A stretch of 64,000 nucleotides of DNA. Origin: a virus. A program made the position numbers and the translations under genes. The notes below the pieces were generated by a model that saw only the letters and a program-made list of their open reading frames with translations, was not told the DNA's origin and did no database searches. Where the stretch lies: the IMG/VR virus record IMGVR_UViG_3300027770_000029; one strand, 5' to 3'. Position 1 is the stretch's first letter, and every line of letters begins with the position of its first letter. This document shows positions 9,304-19,115 of the stretch, piece by piece.

Positions 9304-9674
9304 AAGTAGCCATCGTCCGCGTGTCCCAGCGTGCTGGGATGATGAAGAGCATGTACGTCTACGAGATTCGGAGCGATGGTTGGTTCCGCGCTGGGCCTGA
9401 CCGTGACCCCTCCTGGAAGGATCAGTGGTTCGCTCCGAAGAACCTCATCCAGCTCATCGAGGCTGACACGCCCGAGGTCCGCAACTACGACTACAACGGC
9501 ATCGAGCCCGGGACCCTCGTTCAGCTCCGGCTCCACGAGCTGCAGGGGGTCGTTCTCAACCGGAAGGGCACGAAGTACAACGTGCTCCCACACGGCAGGT
9601 CGAAGCCCATCCATGTCGACTGGGAGAACGTCGTGCCAGTGTTGGTCGACGACGGAACCGATGCAACCGGCTGA
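9300..9674 (+). CDS. Hypothetical protein, C-terminal SH3-like (PGTLVQL)
   Basis: ATGA overlap, SD. Confidence 0.7.
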   Translation: MKVAIVRVSQRAGMMKSMYVYEIRSDGWFRAGPDRDPSWKDQWFAPKNLIQLIEADTPEVRNYDYNGIEPGTLVQLRLHELQGVVLNRKGTKYNVLPHGRSKPIHVDWENVVPVLVDDGTDATG

Positions 9675-9709
9675 CCACCATGGTATAACTGTATCATCAG
9701 GAGGGCGGA

Positions 9710-10294
9710 ATGGCAAAGGAACATCTGATCGTCAATGACTACAAGGTTCCCGGCGGGTACAGCGGGGTCGCGGTTCGCCGAGCCTGCGAGTTCGTCATCG
9801 CGAACCCCGGGGTCACCCAGACCGAGCTCCTCCGGGAGGCAGTCCGGTACTCCGGGATCAACTTCAGCACCGCGGGCTGGATCACCTCCCCGGGAAACCC
9901 GTGGAACGGCAAGAGCCCTGCGACCCGCCTCTGGGATCGACGTAAGCAGGCGGTCTTCAGGTGCTATCCCAACGAGTACACCGACAAGGTGGTCGGTGCC
10001 CAGGATGCTCTCGTCGATGAGTTCATCAAGAACTCGATGAGGGAGTACAAGTCCACGAAGTTCCACCCGAATCCCGGGGATCTCGTCAGGTCCTCACAGT
10101 ACGGGGCCGAGATCGAGGGTATCTTCCTCGGCTACCAGCTCGGTGAGAGGAAGAGTCTCCGAAGCACGGTCGCTGAGTGGATCGCTGAGCGACCGGCCGT
10201 CACCCACGGTGAGCGTCTCTGGATGATCGTCATGGAGAACGGCACGAATCTTCCGACCCCGATCTGGAACTTCGGGAGCATCCAGCCGGTTTGA
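9710..10294 (+). CDS. Hypothetical protein, N-terminal winged-helix-like (IANPGVTQTEL) plus GDLV domain
   Basis: Promoter 9661 plus SD. Confidence 0.7.
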   Translation: MAKEHLIVNDYKVPGGYSGVAVRRACEFVIANPGVTQTELLREAVRYSGINFSTAGWITSPGNPWNGKSPATRLWDRRKQAVFRCYPNEYTDKVVGAQDALVDEFIKNSMREYKSTKFHPNPGDLVRSSQYGAEIEGIFLGYQLGERKSLRSTVAEWIAERPAVTHGERLWMIVMENGTNLPTPIWNFGSIQPV

Positions 10295-10359
10295 TGCAAC
10301 GGCCCGCCCGGCATGGTATAACTGGATAGTCAGGAACAACCAACCAAGGAGCAAACGGA

Positions 10360-10611
10360 ATGCGCACCTTCATCTACATCATCGGCAGCATGGACGACTT
10401 CAGCTCCTACGAGGAGCTCGAGGCTGCCTACCGGGACGGCACCATCGGGGACTACAACGCCTCGGTCTACCCAGTCAGCCTCTCCGAGGACTGCAAGGTC
10501 AAGGGGTACAACACCCTGGAGGAGCTCGCTGTGATGATCGCCCGCGGCGAGGCGATGAGTGATGACTGGTGTCTCGACGGAACCTTCGGCGACCTCATCG
10601 AGGTGGAGTGA
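10360..10611 (+). CDS. Acidic hypothetical protein
   Basis: Promoter 10294 plus SD. Confidence 0.7.
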   Translation: MRTFIYIIGSMDDFSSYEELEAAYRDGTIGDYNASVYPVSLSEDCKVKGYNTLEELAVMIARGEAMSDDWCLDGTFGDLIEVE

Positions 10612-10613
10612 AC

Positions 10614-10778
10614 ATGGACTACGGAACTTTCGCAGCGCACCTGAACGCCCTCGTCAGCGAGTACCTGGATCGCGGGGGCGACCCTGCGCACGCCGCCGAC
10701 CTGCTGCGGGAGATCGCGGACGAGGTCTTCGGGGAGGACGAGGCCCCCGAGGTCGTCCGCCAGGTGGCTCTCTGGTGA
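10614..10778 (+). CDS. Small hypothetical protein (MDYGTFAAHL)
   Basis: SD GGAG, in frame with track ORF. Confidence 0.65.
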   Translation: MDYGTFAAHLNALVSEYLDRGGDPAHAADLLREIADEVFGEDEAPEVVRQVALW

Positions 10779-10834
10779 CGCACCCGTGCAACCGGCGGTG
10801 GACCATGGTATAACTGTATCATCAGGAGGAAGGA

Positions 10835-11236
10835 ATGGATCTTACCCAGCGCGTTCTCAATCGGTTCCGCGGCCGGCTCGATATCACGGTCTCCCACCCG
10901 GACTACGCGGGTCGATTCGTCGTCAAGGGCGTCTCCCGCAACGCCAAGGACTGGGGCTGGGAGCTCATGCCCCCTGAGATGAAGGTGGACCGGGCAGTCT
11001 ACTGCTGCCGGCCCGCCTGGGACGAGTCCGGGTTCGCGATCTTCTTCTTCGAGGACGACATCACGGTGGTCGATGCCCCCGCCGACATGGTGGTCGATGA
11101 GATGCTCGACATGCTGTGTGAGATGGGAGCTGACGGTGCGGTCGATCGCCTCGAGTTTGGTGAGGCTGACGGCAGCACCGACGTGGACGAGGACCCGAAC
11201 GGCGACTGGAACGACACGAGCGCGGAGCTGGAGTGA
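10835..11236 (+). CDS. Hypothetical protein with acidic tail
   Basis: Promoter 10786 plus SD. Confidence 0.7.
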   Translation: MDLTQRVLNRFRGRLDITVSHPDYAGRFVVKGVSRNAKDWGWELMPPEMKVDRAVYCCRPAWDESGFAIFFFEDDITVVDAPADMVVDEMLDMLCEMGADGAVDRLEFGEADGSTDVDEDPNGDWNDTSAELE

Positions 11237-11475
11237 TGCCGGTCTTCCATCTCGGTGATCTCGTCAGTCCAAGGTCGAATCCGATCCTGGATCCCAACGA
11301 GGACAATCCTGATGCGATCGGCCTCATCGTCGAGATGCGGTCGATGATGCACATGAAACCTGAGGCTCGGATCCTCTGGAACGATATGCTCGACGTCGGA
11401 CCCAGGTGGACGTACCTTGAGAGTGTCATTCCCCTCGAGCAGCAGGCATGCAACGGTCCGGAAACCGTGGTATAA
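11236..11475 (+). CDS. SH3-like mini-protein (LGDLVSP)
   Basis: Stop/start overlap. Confidence 0.65.
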   Translation: MPVFHLGDLVSPRSNPILDPNEDNPDAIGLIVEMRSMMHMKPEARILWNDMLDVGPRWTYLESVIPLEQQACNGPETVV

Positions 11476-11510
11476 CTGGATAGTCAAGCGGACCAACCAA
11501 CGGAGGCAAC

Positions 11511-11732
11511 ATGCAGTACTACTCCTACGTCACCGAGAATCCCTACTCGCCAAACTGGATCGACGAGCCCGTCGGCAGTGGGGGTCGCTCCATCGACCGT
11601 GATCTCAAGACCCTCCGTGGGGTGGTCAACCGTCTGAAGAAGGCGTGGCCGGGCAAGTCGTTCAAGGTCTTCACCTTCACGAACATCTACGACCCCAGCA
11701 CCTTCCGTCACCAGCACACCCACTGGGGGTGA
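11511..11732 (+). CDS. Hypothetical protein
   Basis: Promoter 11448 plus SD. Confidence 0.7.
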   Translation: MQYYSYVTENPYSPNWIDEPVGSGGRSIDRDLKTLRGVVNRLKKAWPGKSFKVFTFTNIYDPSTFRHQHTHWG

Positions 11733-11836
11733 AGCTCCGACGGCAAGCGTGCAAGGGTTCAAGTCCTGTGGTATAGTATTCTTGTTGGTGGGGAACACCA
11801 ACGGCCAGTCAACCAACCAATCAATCGAGGTACTGA

Positions 11837-12592
11837 ATGCGTCTCAAGGTCGCCACTGATTCCGTCGAGTTCGGCAGCAACATCAACGATGTCGTCGTCC
11901 CCGAGGCGATGCGGCACAAGTTCCTCTCCGGCCTCGACTTCTTCGATGCCGCGATCGGCGGTGTGGGGTTCACGCCCTCCGCCTCGATGATCTTCACCGG
12001 CGAGGCCGGTGCCGGCAAGACGACGATGATGCTCACCCTCGCCGACCACCTCACCCGCTCCGGTGCGGTCGCGGTCTTCAACACCGCCGAGGAGTCGCTC
12101 TTCCAGGTGAAGGCCGCCTGTGAGCGTCTCGGACTCCGCAAGGGGTTCGCGGTCGGCAGCGAGAACGAGGTCGGTGAGCTCCTGAAGAAGGCGGACAAGT
12201 TCCGCAACCTCGAGAAGAACAAGGGCAAGCCCTTCATGCTCATCGTGGACTCCCTCCAGTGCATGGATGACGGCCACTTCTCCACGGGCCGCATCACCAC
12301 TGCGACGGCCGAGCGAAGCTTGGAGCAGATCACCAACTGGTGCAAGGAGAACTACACCAACGCGATCGTCATCGGGCAGGTGACCAAGGGTGGAGTTTTC
12401 GCTGGGAGTAACAAGCTCAAGCATTGCGTCGACGCGATGGTGCAGCTCACCATCGAGAAGAAGGACAAGGATCTGCTCGGTTGCCGTCGCCTCGAGACCA
12501 CGAAGAACAGGTTCGGGGGATCGGGCGCTACCACCTGGCTCTCCCTGAACGCAAGCGGCTTCCAGGTAGTTGCGGTCGCTGAGGAGGAGTGA
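11837..12592 (+). CDS. RadA/Sms-like ATPase (ATPase core only)
   Basis: GEAGAGKTT, AEES, IVDSLQ, GQVTKGG.FAG...LKH.VDA, KNRFG signature; no Zn finger or Lon domain. Confidence 0.88.
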   Translation: MRLKVATDSVEFGSNINDVVVPEAMRHKFLSGLDFFDAAIGGVGFTPSASMIFTGEAGAGKTTMMLTLADHLTRSGAVAVFNTAEESLFQVKAACERLGLRKGFAVGSENEVGELLKKADKFRNLEKNKGKPFMLIVDSLQCMDDGHFSTGRITTATAERSLEQITNWCKENYTNAIVIGQVTKGGVFAGSNKLKHCVDAMVQLTIEKKDKDLLGCRRLETTKNRFGGSGATTWLSLNASGFQVVAVAEEE

Positions 12593-12822
12593 TGGGCTGG
12601 GAGCCGGGCACCTTGCTCGGACTCCAGGACACGACGCAACCCTTCGGGAAGTACCCGGGGGGTTCGTTGTTTGTGATGCTGCGCAACGACAGCGGCACCG
12701 CGGGGGTGATCGTTCTCACCCCGCACGGCACCCAGGCACTCATCCCCAGGGGGTATCTGGTGGCTATCCGGGGTGTGACTCCCGTGACCTCTGGACCCAC
12801 CCAACCCGGGTGTAAGGGGTAA
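12592..12822 (+). CDS. Hypothetical protein
   Basis: Stop/start overlap. Confidence 0.55.
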   Translation: MGWEPGTLLGLQDTTQPFGKYPGGSLFVMLRNDSGTAGVIVLTPHGTQALIPRGYLVAIRGVTPVTSGPTQPGCKG

Positions 12823-12933
12823 ACCAAGGCCGGCCGGCCAGATGGGTCCAGGGGGCCCGGGATGCAGGGGCGGTGCCTGTGCAACGCAGGATCCCCTGTG
12901 GTATAGTCTTCATATCAAGTGGAGGATACTAGA

Positions 12934-13473
12934 ATGGGTTGCAACATTCACGGGGTCTGGGAGTGCAAGCTGCCGAACGGCACCTGGGCGGCTTTTCGTG
13001 AGATCAACGAGGGCAGGTCCTACACCTGGTTTGGAATCATCGCCCAAGTTCGGGGCGGTGGGCGCGGTGCGGGCCCCTTCTCGTTCCCCTGGGATCCCCG
13101 CGGCCCCGACGGCAACACCGGGGCGTACTGGTCTGGATACTGTGAGAGCTGGGGCGGTGACCTGCACAACCACTCCCAGGCGTCATGGGACGACGTCTAC
13201 GCCGCGAATGCTGAGAAGCGGGCGATGGACCTTCTCAACAACAACGAGGGGATCCTGGATGAGGGGGAGTGCATCGATCATGAGACGTTGCCAGCTCTCG
13301 ATGATATGGTCGATGAGATCTGGATCGGGGGTCACCAGGATCGGGGGTGGCGTCCCAACGCGATCCCGATGAATGTCCCGCTGCGGGATGTCCTGGGTCT
13401 CGGCCCGGAAGCCACCCTCGACGATCTTGAGATCAGGTCGAGGATCAGGATGGTGGTGGCATTCGACAACTGA
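12934..13473 (+). CDS. Conserved phage protein (MGCxIH family)
   Basis: MGCNIH start, RSYTWFG motif, promoter 12879. Confidence 0.7.
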   Translation: MGCNIHGVWECKLPNGTWAAFREINEGRSYTWFGIIAQVRGGGRGAGPFSFPWDPRGPDGNTGAYWSGYCESWGGDLHNHSQASWDDVYAANAEKRAMDLLNNNEGILDEGECIDHETLPALDDMVDEIWIGGHQDRGWRPNAIPMNVPLRDVLGLGPEATLDDLEIRSRIRMVVAFDN

Positions 13474-13526
13474 CCCGTGCAACCGGCAGTCCGCTGTGGT
13501 ATAACTGGAACACAACAGGGGAAGGA

Positions 13527-14015
13527 ATGATCAGTATCATGCTGACGGCGACTGAGTGGGGGCAGGTGAACGCGGCCCTCGCGGCGGGCGACAAGATCCC
13601 AGCGATCAAGACCGTCCGGGATGCCGAGCGGCACCGGAAGTCCTCTGCGCCCAACCCCCTCCTTCCTGTCTCCACCGCCGGACGGACGTGGGCGCCCGGG
13701 ATCGGTCTCAGGGAGGCGAAGGAGGCAGTTGAGCTCCTGATGGCGGAGCGCGGGATGAAGCACTCGGACGGCACGCCCTGCCTCCCACCCCGCGACCCTG
13801 CCGCCAGGGTGGTTCCTTGCCAACCCATCAAGCGGATCATCTGCGACTTCGGTGAGGGCGAGATCGAAGTCGACCTTGAGGGCATGAGTCTCCGGATCCT
13901 GACGGGTCTCAACGGCAGCATGCGGATCGCGGATGTGATGTCTCTCGTCGACCTCTATCAGCGGGTGAAGAGCTGGGAGGATGGGGTGTGCAAACCGCCG
14001 GTGGATGTGGTATAG
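13527..14015 (+). CDS. Protein with ribosomal bL12 (L7/L12) C-terminal-like motif
   Basis: AGDKIPAIKTVR...GIGLREAKEAVE, compare KI.AIK.VR...GLGLKEAK.LVE. Confidence 0.65.
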   Translation: MISIMLTATEWGQVNAALAAGDKIPAIKTVRDAERHRKSSAPNPLLPVSTAGRTWAPGIGLREAKEAVELLMAERGMKHSDGTPCLPPRDPAARVVPCQPIKRIICDFGEGEIEVDLEGMSLRILTGLNGSMRIADVMSLVDLYQRVKSWEDGVCKPPVDVV

Positions 14016-14036
14016 TATACACAGGATGGAGGCGGA

Positions 14037-14393
14037 ATGATTCGTGAGTGCAAACACTGTGGGATTGAGTTCAACCCGGGCACGCCCCTGAAGCGGCAGG
14101 TGGGAGGGCTGATCAACGAATGTCCTGACTGCGTCGAGGAGCTCGGGACGGAGACTGCCGTCGCCTATGCCGGCGTCGCGGCGGGCGATGGTAAGGGAGT
14201 CGGTGTGACGGTGCTTGCTTTCAACAGCGAGAAGGACCGCTCGGCGTACGTGAAGGCGTGGCGGAGCAACTCGGGTCAGAACGTCGGCAAGAGCTGCCAG
14301 CTCAGCGGGAGCAACACCTACATGGGCAGCATGAAGTTCCGGAAGATCGGTGAGAGCGGCTCGATCGGAACGAACCACAAGGGGCGGATGTGA
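14037..14393 (+). CDS. Zn-ribbon protein (CKHC...CPDC)
   Basis: Promoter 13988, two CxxC pairs. Confidence 0.7.
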   Translation: MIRECKHCGIEFNPGTPLKRQVGGLINECPDCVEELGTETAVAYAGVAAGDGKGVGVTVLAFNSEKDRSAYVKAWRSNSGQNVGKSCQLSGSNTYMGSMKFRKIGESGSIGTNHKGRM

Positions 14394-14405
14394 TGGGGTC
14401 TCCAG

Positions 14406-14681
14406 ATGCCCCGGCGTAAGTGTGACAACGATGTCACGGATGCGCGCGCGCCGCCCCCGCGGGGGCCCGCCCGCAAGCCTGTCTGGCCCCGTACGGGGGA
14501 TCTCGTGAGCTGCACATGGACCGACGCGCGGGTGATAGAGGGCATCGTGATCGACGCGCAGGACAGGGGATGGAAGCCGCCGATGCTGACGATCCTCACC
14601 CACGGGGGTGAGAGGATGATGTTGTCGAGTCCACATGTGAGGATCATCTCGAACCGTCGGCGGCGACGAAGGAGGAAATGA
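14406..14681 (+). CDS. SH3-like protein (TGDLVSC), start uncertain
   Basis: 5' part overlaps the palindromic site. Confidence 0.5.
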   Translation: MPRRKCDNDVTDARAPPPRGPARKPVWPRTGDLVSCTWTDARVIEGIVIDAQDRGWKPPMLTILTHGGERMMLSSPHVRIISNRRRRRRRK

Positions 14682-14890
14682 TGAGCTGGGAACGAGGTGA
14701 CGGTGTCATCCTCCTCCGAGACTGGCTCGGTGCGAGGAAGGGAACGATTGGAACGGTGATCAACCTGATGGAGAAGCAGCAGAGTCAGGGCTCCATCCTG
14801 CTCATCGAGTGGAACACAGGTGGCAGCTGGATGAGCGTTGAGGATGATCTCGTTGAGAGACTCCCACCCCGATCCCACCTCCACGACTGA
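14678..14890 (+). CDS. SH3-like mini-protein (RGDGVIL)
   Basis: SD, ATGA overlap. Confidence 0.65.
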   Translation: MMSWERGDGVILLRDWLGARKGTIGTVINLMEKQQSQGSILLIEWNTGGSWMSVEDDLVERLPPRSHLHD

Positions 14891-14944
14891 AACGATGCAT
14901 CCGGTCCGGCACCATGGTATATTGATCTCACAACGGAGGAAGGA

Positions 14945-15193
14945 ATGAGTCGAACCGAAGCAGCAGACCGAATCCGCGAGATCGCTGACGAGATCCGGGA
15001 GCTCCTCGCCGAGGCGATGGACATCGCCGGTGGGGACGACATGGTGTACACCCGAGCTCGGAGCTACTGGTACCCGCACATCCTGATCGCCCTCGGAGGG
15101 GATCACGGGTACCTCGGTGGGTCGATGTGCTCGATGGAGGACACGGCGAACGAGCTCGAGGAGGACGAAGAGGAACCTGAGGACGACGAGTGA
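14945..15193 (+). CDS. Acidic hypothetical protein
   Basis: Promoter 14895 plus SD. Confidence 0.7.
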   Translation: MSRTEAADRIREIADEIRELLAEAMDIAGGDDMVYTRARSYWYPHILIALGGDHGYLGGSMCSMEDTANELEEDEEEPEDDE

Positions 15194-15265
15194 ACCCATG
15201 CAACGGTCTCCGGACCGTGGTATAACTGTACAGTCAATCGGCCAACCAACCAACTGGAGTGAATC

Positions 15266-15544
15266 ATGGCGTCCATCTACATCGTCAACGTCTCGGTCGG
15301 CGGCTACTACATCGGGCAGTACAGCTACTACCATCGCTCCGAGGGCGAGGCGGTGGACTCCTTCGAGGAGTGCAAGGCTTCCGTCGGTGAGGGCCCGACG
15401 ATCATCGAGCTCGTCCGCCTCGACACCGAGACCCTCGACGCAACCACGATCACCGGCTGGGAGGGTACGATCGACGACCTCGACGAGGAGGACGGGTACG
15501 ATGACGAGGACGACGGTATCGTCGAGGGCGCGCCCGGTGAGTGA
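15266..15544 (+). CDS. Acidic hypothetical protein
   Basis: Promoter 15198 plus SD. Confidence 0.7.
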   Translation: MASIYIVNVSVGGYYIGQYSYYHRSEGEAVDSFEECKASVGEGPTIIELVRLDTETLDATTITGWEGTIDDLDEEDGYDDEDDGIVEGAPGE

Positions 15545-15740
15545 GATCCTTCGAAGGTGGGTGACCATGGGTGTCGACGGGACACCCCTGGAGGAGATCA
15601 AGGCCTTCCACAGGGAGCATCATCGATCTATCGTCGATGAGGTCATCCGTTTCGAGTCAACTCTCGAAGGACACAAAGAGCTCAGGGCTCTGGTCGAGCA
15701 GATTCGGGATTCGTGCAACGGCCGGCCCACCATGGTATAA
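15537..15740 (+). CDS. Hypothetical protein (MSEILRRW)
   Basis: GTG overlapping previous stop. Confidence 0.55.
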   Translation: MSEILRRWVTMGVDGTPLEEIKAFHREHHRSIVDEVIRFESTLEGHKELRALVEQIRDSCNGRPTMV

Positions 15741-15816
15741 CTGAATAGTCAAGCGGGAAACGGTGCATTCCCGCCGCCCCTGTGGTATTGTAACCACACC
15801 AACCAAGGACGAGCCA

Positions 15817-16158
15817 ATGCAACTTCCCCTCTTCAAGTCCGACCCCGTCCTCGCTCTCAACAACATCGAGTACCTGTGCCTGAAGATGTACGCCAACCCG
15901 GGGATGCCGGCCCGCTGGTACCTCCGAGCCCTCCACCAGTACCGCTTCGGGACCCCCGGGGTGGGCTCCTGGAACTCGATGTACTTCAGGATCGGTAACG
16001 GGTACCGCGGTCGACTCTTCCGCGACACCGCCCCCAAGACCCGTCCCACCCGCGGCATGCTGACCCGGAGCTGCTCGGCGGTTGGAAGCTTCGTCCTCTC
16101 GGAGGAGGGCAAGTCCTACGCCGCGCGCGCCGCTGCGAAGATCGGGATTGCCCTGTGA
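15817..16158 (+). CDS. Winged-helix-like protein (MYANPG)
   Basis: Tandem promoters 15713/15763, SD; resembles 26273..26506. Confidence 0.65.
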   Translation: MQLPLFKSDPVLALNNIEYLCLKMYANPGMPARWYLRALHQYRFGTPGVGSWNSMYFRIGNGYRGRLFRDTAPKTRPTRGMLTRSCSAVGSFVLSEEGKSYAARAAAKIGIAL

Positions 16159-16403
16159 CAAAGGGTGACCTCGTCCAGGTGCGGCTCGGGGGGACCGGAA
16201 ACTCCCGGGCCCACTACGGCCAGGTCCTCGACTACCGCCCCAATGTCTTGGGCGGTTCCTCATCCTCTTCCTGGCAGGATCGTGACAGACGGATGCGCTC
16301 GGAGTTCACCACGACTCCCAAGCGTGGTGAGGTCCTTGTCCTCTTCTACGAGGACGGCGGGATCTCCTGGATCGACGAAGCGGCGGTGGTTCCGGTCACC
16401 TGA
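16155..16403 (+). CDS. SH3-like mini-protein (MTKGDLVQV)
   Basis: GTGA overlap. Confidence 0.7.
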   Translation: MTKGDLVQVRLGGTGNSRAHYGQVLDYRPNVLGGSSSSSWQDRDRRMRSEFTTTPKRGEVLVLFYEDGGISWIDEAAVVPVT

Positions 16404-16764
16404 GGTGTGCAACCCGCGGGTGGGCGTGGTATAGTACTATCATAAGGGGACGACAATGTTCACCATGCTCGCGATCGCTTCTGTCATCTACATCTGGACC
16501 CGCCCGGGGACCTCACTCGGTCTCTTCGCCAAGTCCGCTCTCACGATCTTCATCTGCTCAGGCGGGTGCGGCCTGGGCTCATGCCTGGGAACCCTGTGAT
16601 CCAGCTCGTCACCGTCATGATCTGCGTCGCGGCGGGCGGGGGGCTTATTCCGGTTGAGGTTCCCGGTGTTCCCACCATCACCAGGGCCGAGTACGTCTTC
16701 CAGGAGCTCGGCATCCGCTTCAGCAGGAAACAATGCTTCGTTGACCATGTGGAGGACTCGAAAG

Positions 16765-17001
16765 ATGTCATTCAGTGAGCCCGATGCTGGTGCCGTCATG
16801 GCTGCCTCGAACGGCTGGGACAGCTATCTCCTCTGGCGCTTCAGCGAGAAGCGCGGTGAGAAGTGGGAGTGCGAGTGCAGCGGCTGGCGAACCCTCGGAA
16901 GATCCTGCAAGCACATCGCGGCGGCGAAGCAGGCGGTGCTCGGTCGAAAGGTTCCGGGCATCGTCTCGAGCTGGTGCAATCCCCCGACCCGCCTGGTATA
17001 G
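16765..17001 (+). CDS. SWIM zinc-finger protein
   Basis: WECECSGW...SCKHI (CxC-Xn-CxH), SD GGAGG. Confidence 0.75.
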   Translation: MSFSEPDAGAVMAASNGWDSYLLWRFSEKRGEKWECECSGWRTLGRSCKHIAAAKQAVLGRKVPGIVSSWCNPPTRLV

Positions 17002-17041
17002 TATACACATGATCAAGCCAACCCGCAACACTGGAGCACAC

Positions 17042-17263
17042 ATGACCGCCACCCTCACTCCCTTCGAGCAGAGCCACCAGCGTGCCGCGACCCTCGGTGC
17101 CCGGATCGTCGAGGCCCTTGCGGTGAACAACTTCGTCTCCCAGACCCAGAGCTACGAGGCCCGGATGGCGGAGATCGGCAACGGCTGTCCCCCGCTGAGC
17201 GAGACCCTCCACATCGGCCTCATGTGGGCGAGCGTGGGCCAGTTCGCCGAGATCGAGGCGTGA
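17042..17263 (+). CDS. Hypothetical protein
   Basis: Promoter 16974 plus SD. Confidence 0.65.
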   Translation: MTATLTPFEQSHQRAATLGARIVEALAVNNFVSQTQSYEARMAEIGNGCPPLSETLHIGLMWASVGQFAEIEA

Positions 17264-17452
17264 GTCGAGCTGCACGGATCGCCGCGGTCCCGCTCGTCGC
17301 GGGCGTCATCTACGCCTGGATGATCAAGCAGGCCCTTCGCGATGCAGCCCATATGGCAGCCCGCCGATGGTGGCCCGGACCACCGATGGACTACCCATGA
17401 AGGGTGCAAGCGGCGGGCGGGTGTGGTATACTTACTTCATCAGGAGGAACCA

Positions 17453-17650
17453 ATGGCACGCACCCGCAAGGACATCGAAACCCGCCGCAAGATCAAGCAC
17501 CTGAAGGCGATCCGGGGTCTCGAGCGCCGGGCCCACTTCGAGGCCGGCGGCACCCTCGAGGGCTGGCTCGGACGGCACATGATGGAGATCGATCGGATGA
17601 AGGAAGCCCACCGGCGAGCATGCCGAAACTGGAAGAACGATGAGACGTAA
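17453..17650 (+). CDS. Basic hypothetical protein (MARTRKDI)
   Basis: Promoter 17404 plus SD. Confidence 0.7.
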   Translation: MARTRKDIETRRKIKHLKAIRGLERRAHFEAGGTLEGWLGRHMMEIDRMKEAHRRACRNWKNDET

Positions 17651-17963
17651 GGAGTTCACGCCGGGTCAGCTCGTATGGATCAGCTCAAGGGTTGAATCAT
17701 GGACAAATGGGATGATCCAGTGCAAAAGCGGATACCCGAAGTCTGTGAGGCTCACCAGGGGCGACCCCGCAACGATCATCAGGCGGGCCCTCGCGAAGGA
17801 CTTCGGGATCTACGGTCGGCACACCCACAAGGGGATCTCAACGGCAGCCACACTCGCCGGGGAGGCCTGGCTCGTCCTCTACAACGGGATCCCCGTGATG
17901 ATCGAGGACGCCCACCTCTGCAAGCGGCGGTACGTCCCCAAGAGGAAGCCCAAAGAAGTGTGA
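17640..17963 (+). CDS. Hypothetical protein (PGQLVWI, SH3-like)
   Basis: Overlap with previous gene. Confidence 0.65.
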   Translation: MRRKEFTPGQLVWISSRVESWTNGMIQCKSGYPKSVRLTRGDPATIIRRALAKDFGIYGRHTHKGISTAATLAGEAWLVLYNGIPVMIEDAHLCKRRYVPKRKPKEV

Positions 17964-18014
17964 CAGCGATGTCACGCATGCGCCCCCGCGGGGGCCCGTG
18001 TACAAGGAGGGAGA

Positions 18015-18314
18015 ATGGCAAAGAAGAAGACCATCAAGGCAACCTACGTGGTGTTTGTCTATGAGGATGATCCCGCGGAGGTGATGCTCCCGAACGGGCA
18101 GCTCGCGACCCTGCTCGATCATGAAGAGAACGAAGTCACAGCGGCAGACCTCGATACTGGTGTCTTCAGGATCCTCCGCGGCGGCAAGAAGAGTATTATT
18201 CAACGTGGCAACGACATCGAGGTCGCACGCGAGTACGGCAGGTGGGACGACGCCACGTGGGCTCAGCGAAAGAGGTGGAAGCTCGAGGTTCATCCGACAA
18301 TCTCTTTCTGGTGA
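18015..18314 (+). CDS. Hypothetical protein
   Basis: SD GGAGG. Confidence 0.7.
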   Translation: MAKKKTIKATYVVFVYEDDPAEVMLPNGQLATLLDHEENEVTAADLDTGVFRILRGGKKSIIQRGNDIEVAREYGRWDDATWAQRKRWKLEVHPTISFW

Positions 18315-18365
18315 CCATGCAACCCCTTGGTTGGTGTGGTATAACCAGAGGGTGAGGAGGGCAGG

Positions 18366-18611
18366 ATGGAGGGTGGTTACCTCTACGATATCGTTGATGA
18401 GCGCACCGGCGAGATCCTTGTCGAAGGGATCCGGTGGGAGATCGACGTCCACCTTGAGATCTTCAAGCGTGGATGGACCCTGAGATCGATCGATGAGATC
18501 AACGTCCCGGCGAGCGATGTTGTGCTGCCGTTCACGGACACTTCCCTTGCCGGAGGGTGGGTGAATGTCTTTGTCACGCGGCCGTGCAACCCCGCCACCA
18601 CCGTGGTATAA
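18366..18611 (+). CDS. Hypothetical protein
   Basis: Promoter 18317 plus SD. Confidence 0.6.
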   Translation: MEGGYLYDIVDERTGEILVEGIRWEIDVHLEIFKRGWTLRSIDEINVPASDVVLPFTDTSLAGGWVNVFVTRPCNPATTVV

Positions 18612-18635
18612 CTGAAAAGTAAGGAGCAGGACAAC

Positions 18636-18842
18636 ATGGCATACGTCAATCCGAACTTCAAGAGCAAGAAGGCCCTCAAGGACGCCCTCGTCGCGGGCAC
18701 ACTCGTCGAGGTGTTCCAGCCGGGTCTCGGCACCGTCCCCCTCAACGGGAAGATCAGCCTCGAGGGACCTCACTACCCGAAGCCCCACACCTGGTACGGC
18801 ACCGGGACGATCGTTGACGGGAAGTTGGTCAAGGTCAGCTAA
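18636..18842 (+). CDS. Conserved small phage protein (NFKSKKALKDA...EGPHYPKPHTWY)
   Basis: Promoter 18584; recognisable family motif. Confidence 0.75.
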   Translation: MAYVNPNFKSKKALKDALVAGTLVEVFQPGLGTVPLNGKISLEGPHYPKPHTWYGTGTIVDGKLVKVS

Positions 18843-18894
18843 ACCCGTGCAACGGTGAGGAGACCATGGTATAACTAACCATCAGGAGGGCAGA

Positions 18895-19062
18895 ATGACC
18901 AACGAAACCGAAAGCTTCTACTTCGACCACATCCGCAACGACATCCACCTCGACCTCATCGACCGTGATGACGGCGAACCTTTCGTCGCTGATGAGGGTC
19001 CGGGAGGGATCGAGCTCCTCCGGGACGAGCGGGCCGGCGACGAGGGCTGGCGGCCATTCTGA
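18895..19062 (+). CDS. 55-aa acidic protein
   Basis: Promoter 18847 plus SD, manual translation. Confidence 0.6.
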   Translation: MTNETESFYFDHIRNDIHLDLIDRDDGEPFVADEGPGGIELLRDERAGDEGWRPF

Positions 19063-19115
19063 AACCGTGCAAGGCCAACCAAACCGTGGTATACTGATCT
19101 AGCAAGGAGGAAGGA

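Noticed and set aside
14418-14437. CRP/FNR binding site
   Set aside because: TGTGA and TCAC are 8 nt apart rather than 6. Kept as an unassigned palindrome.
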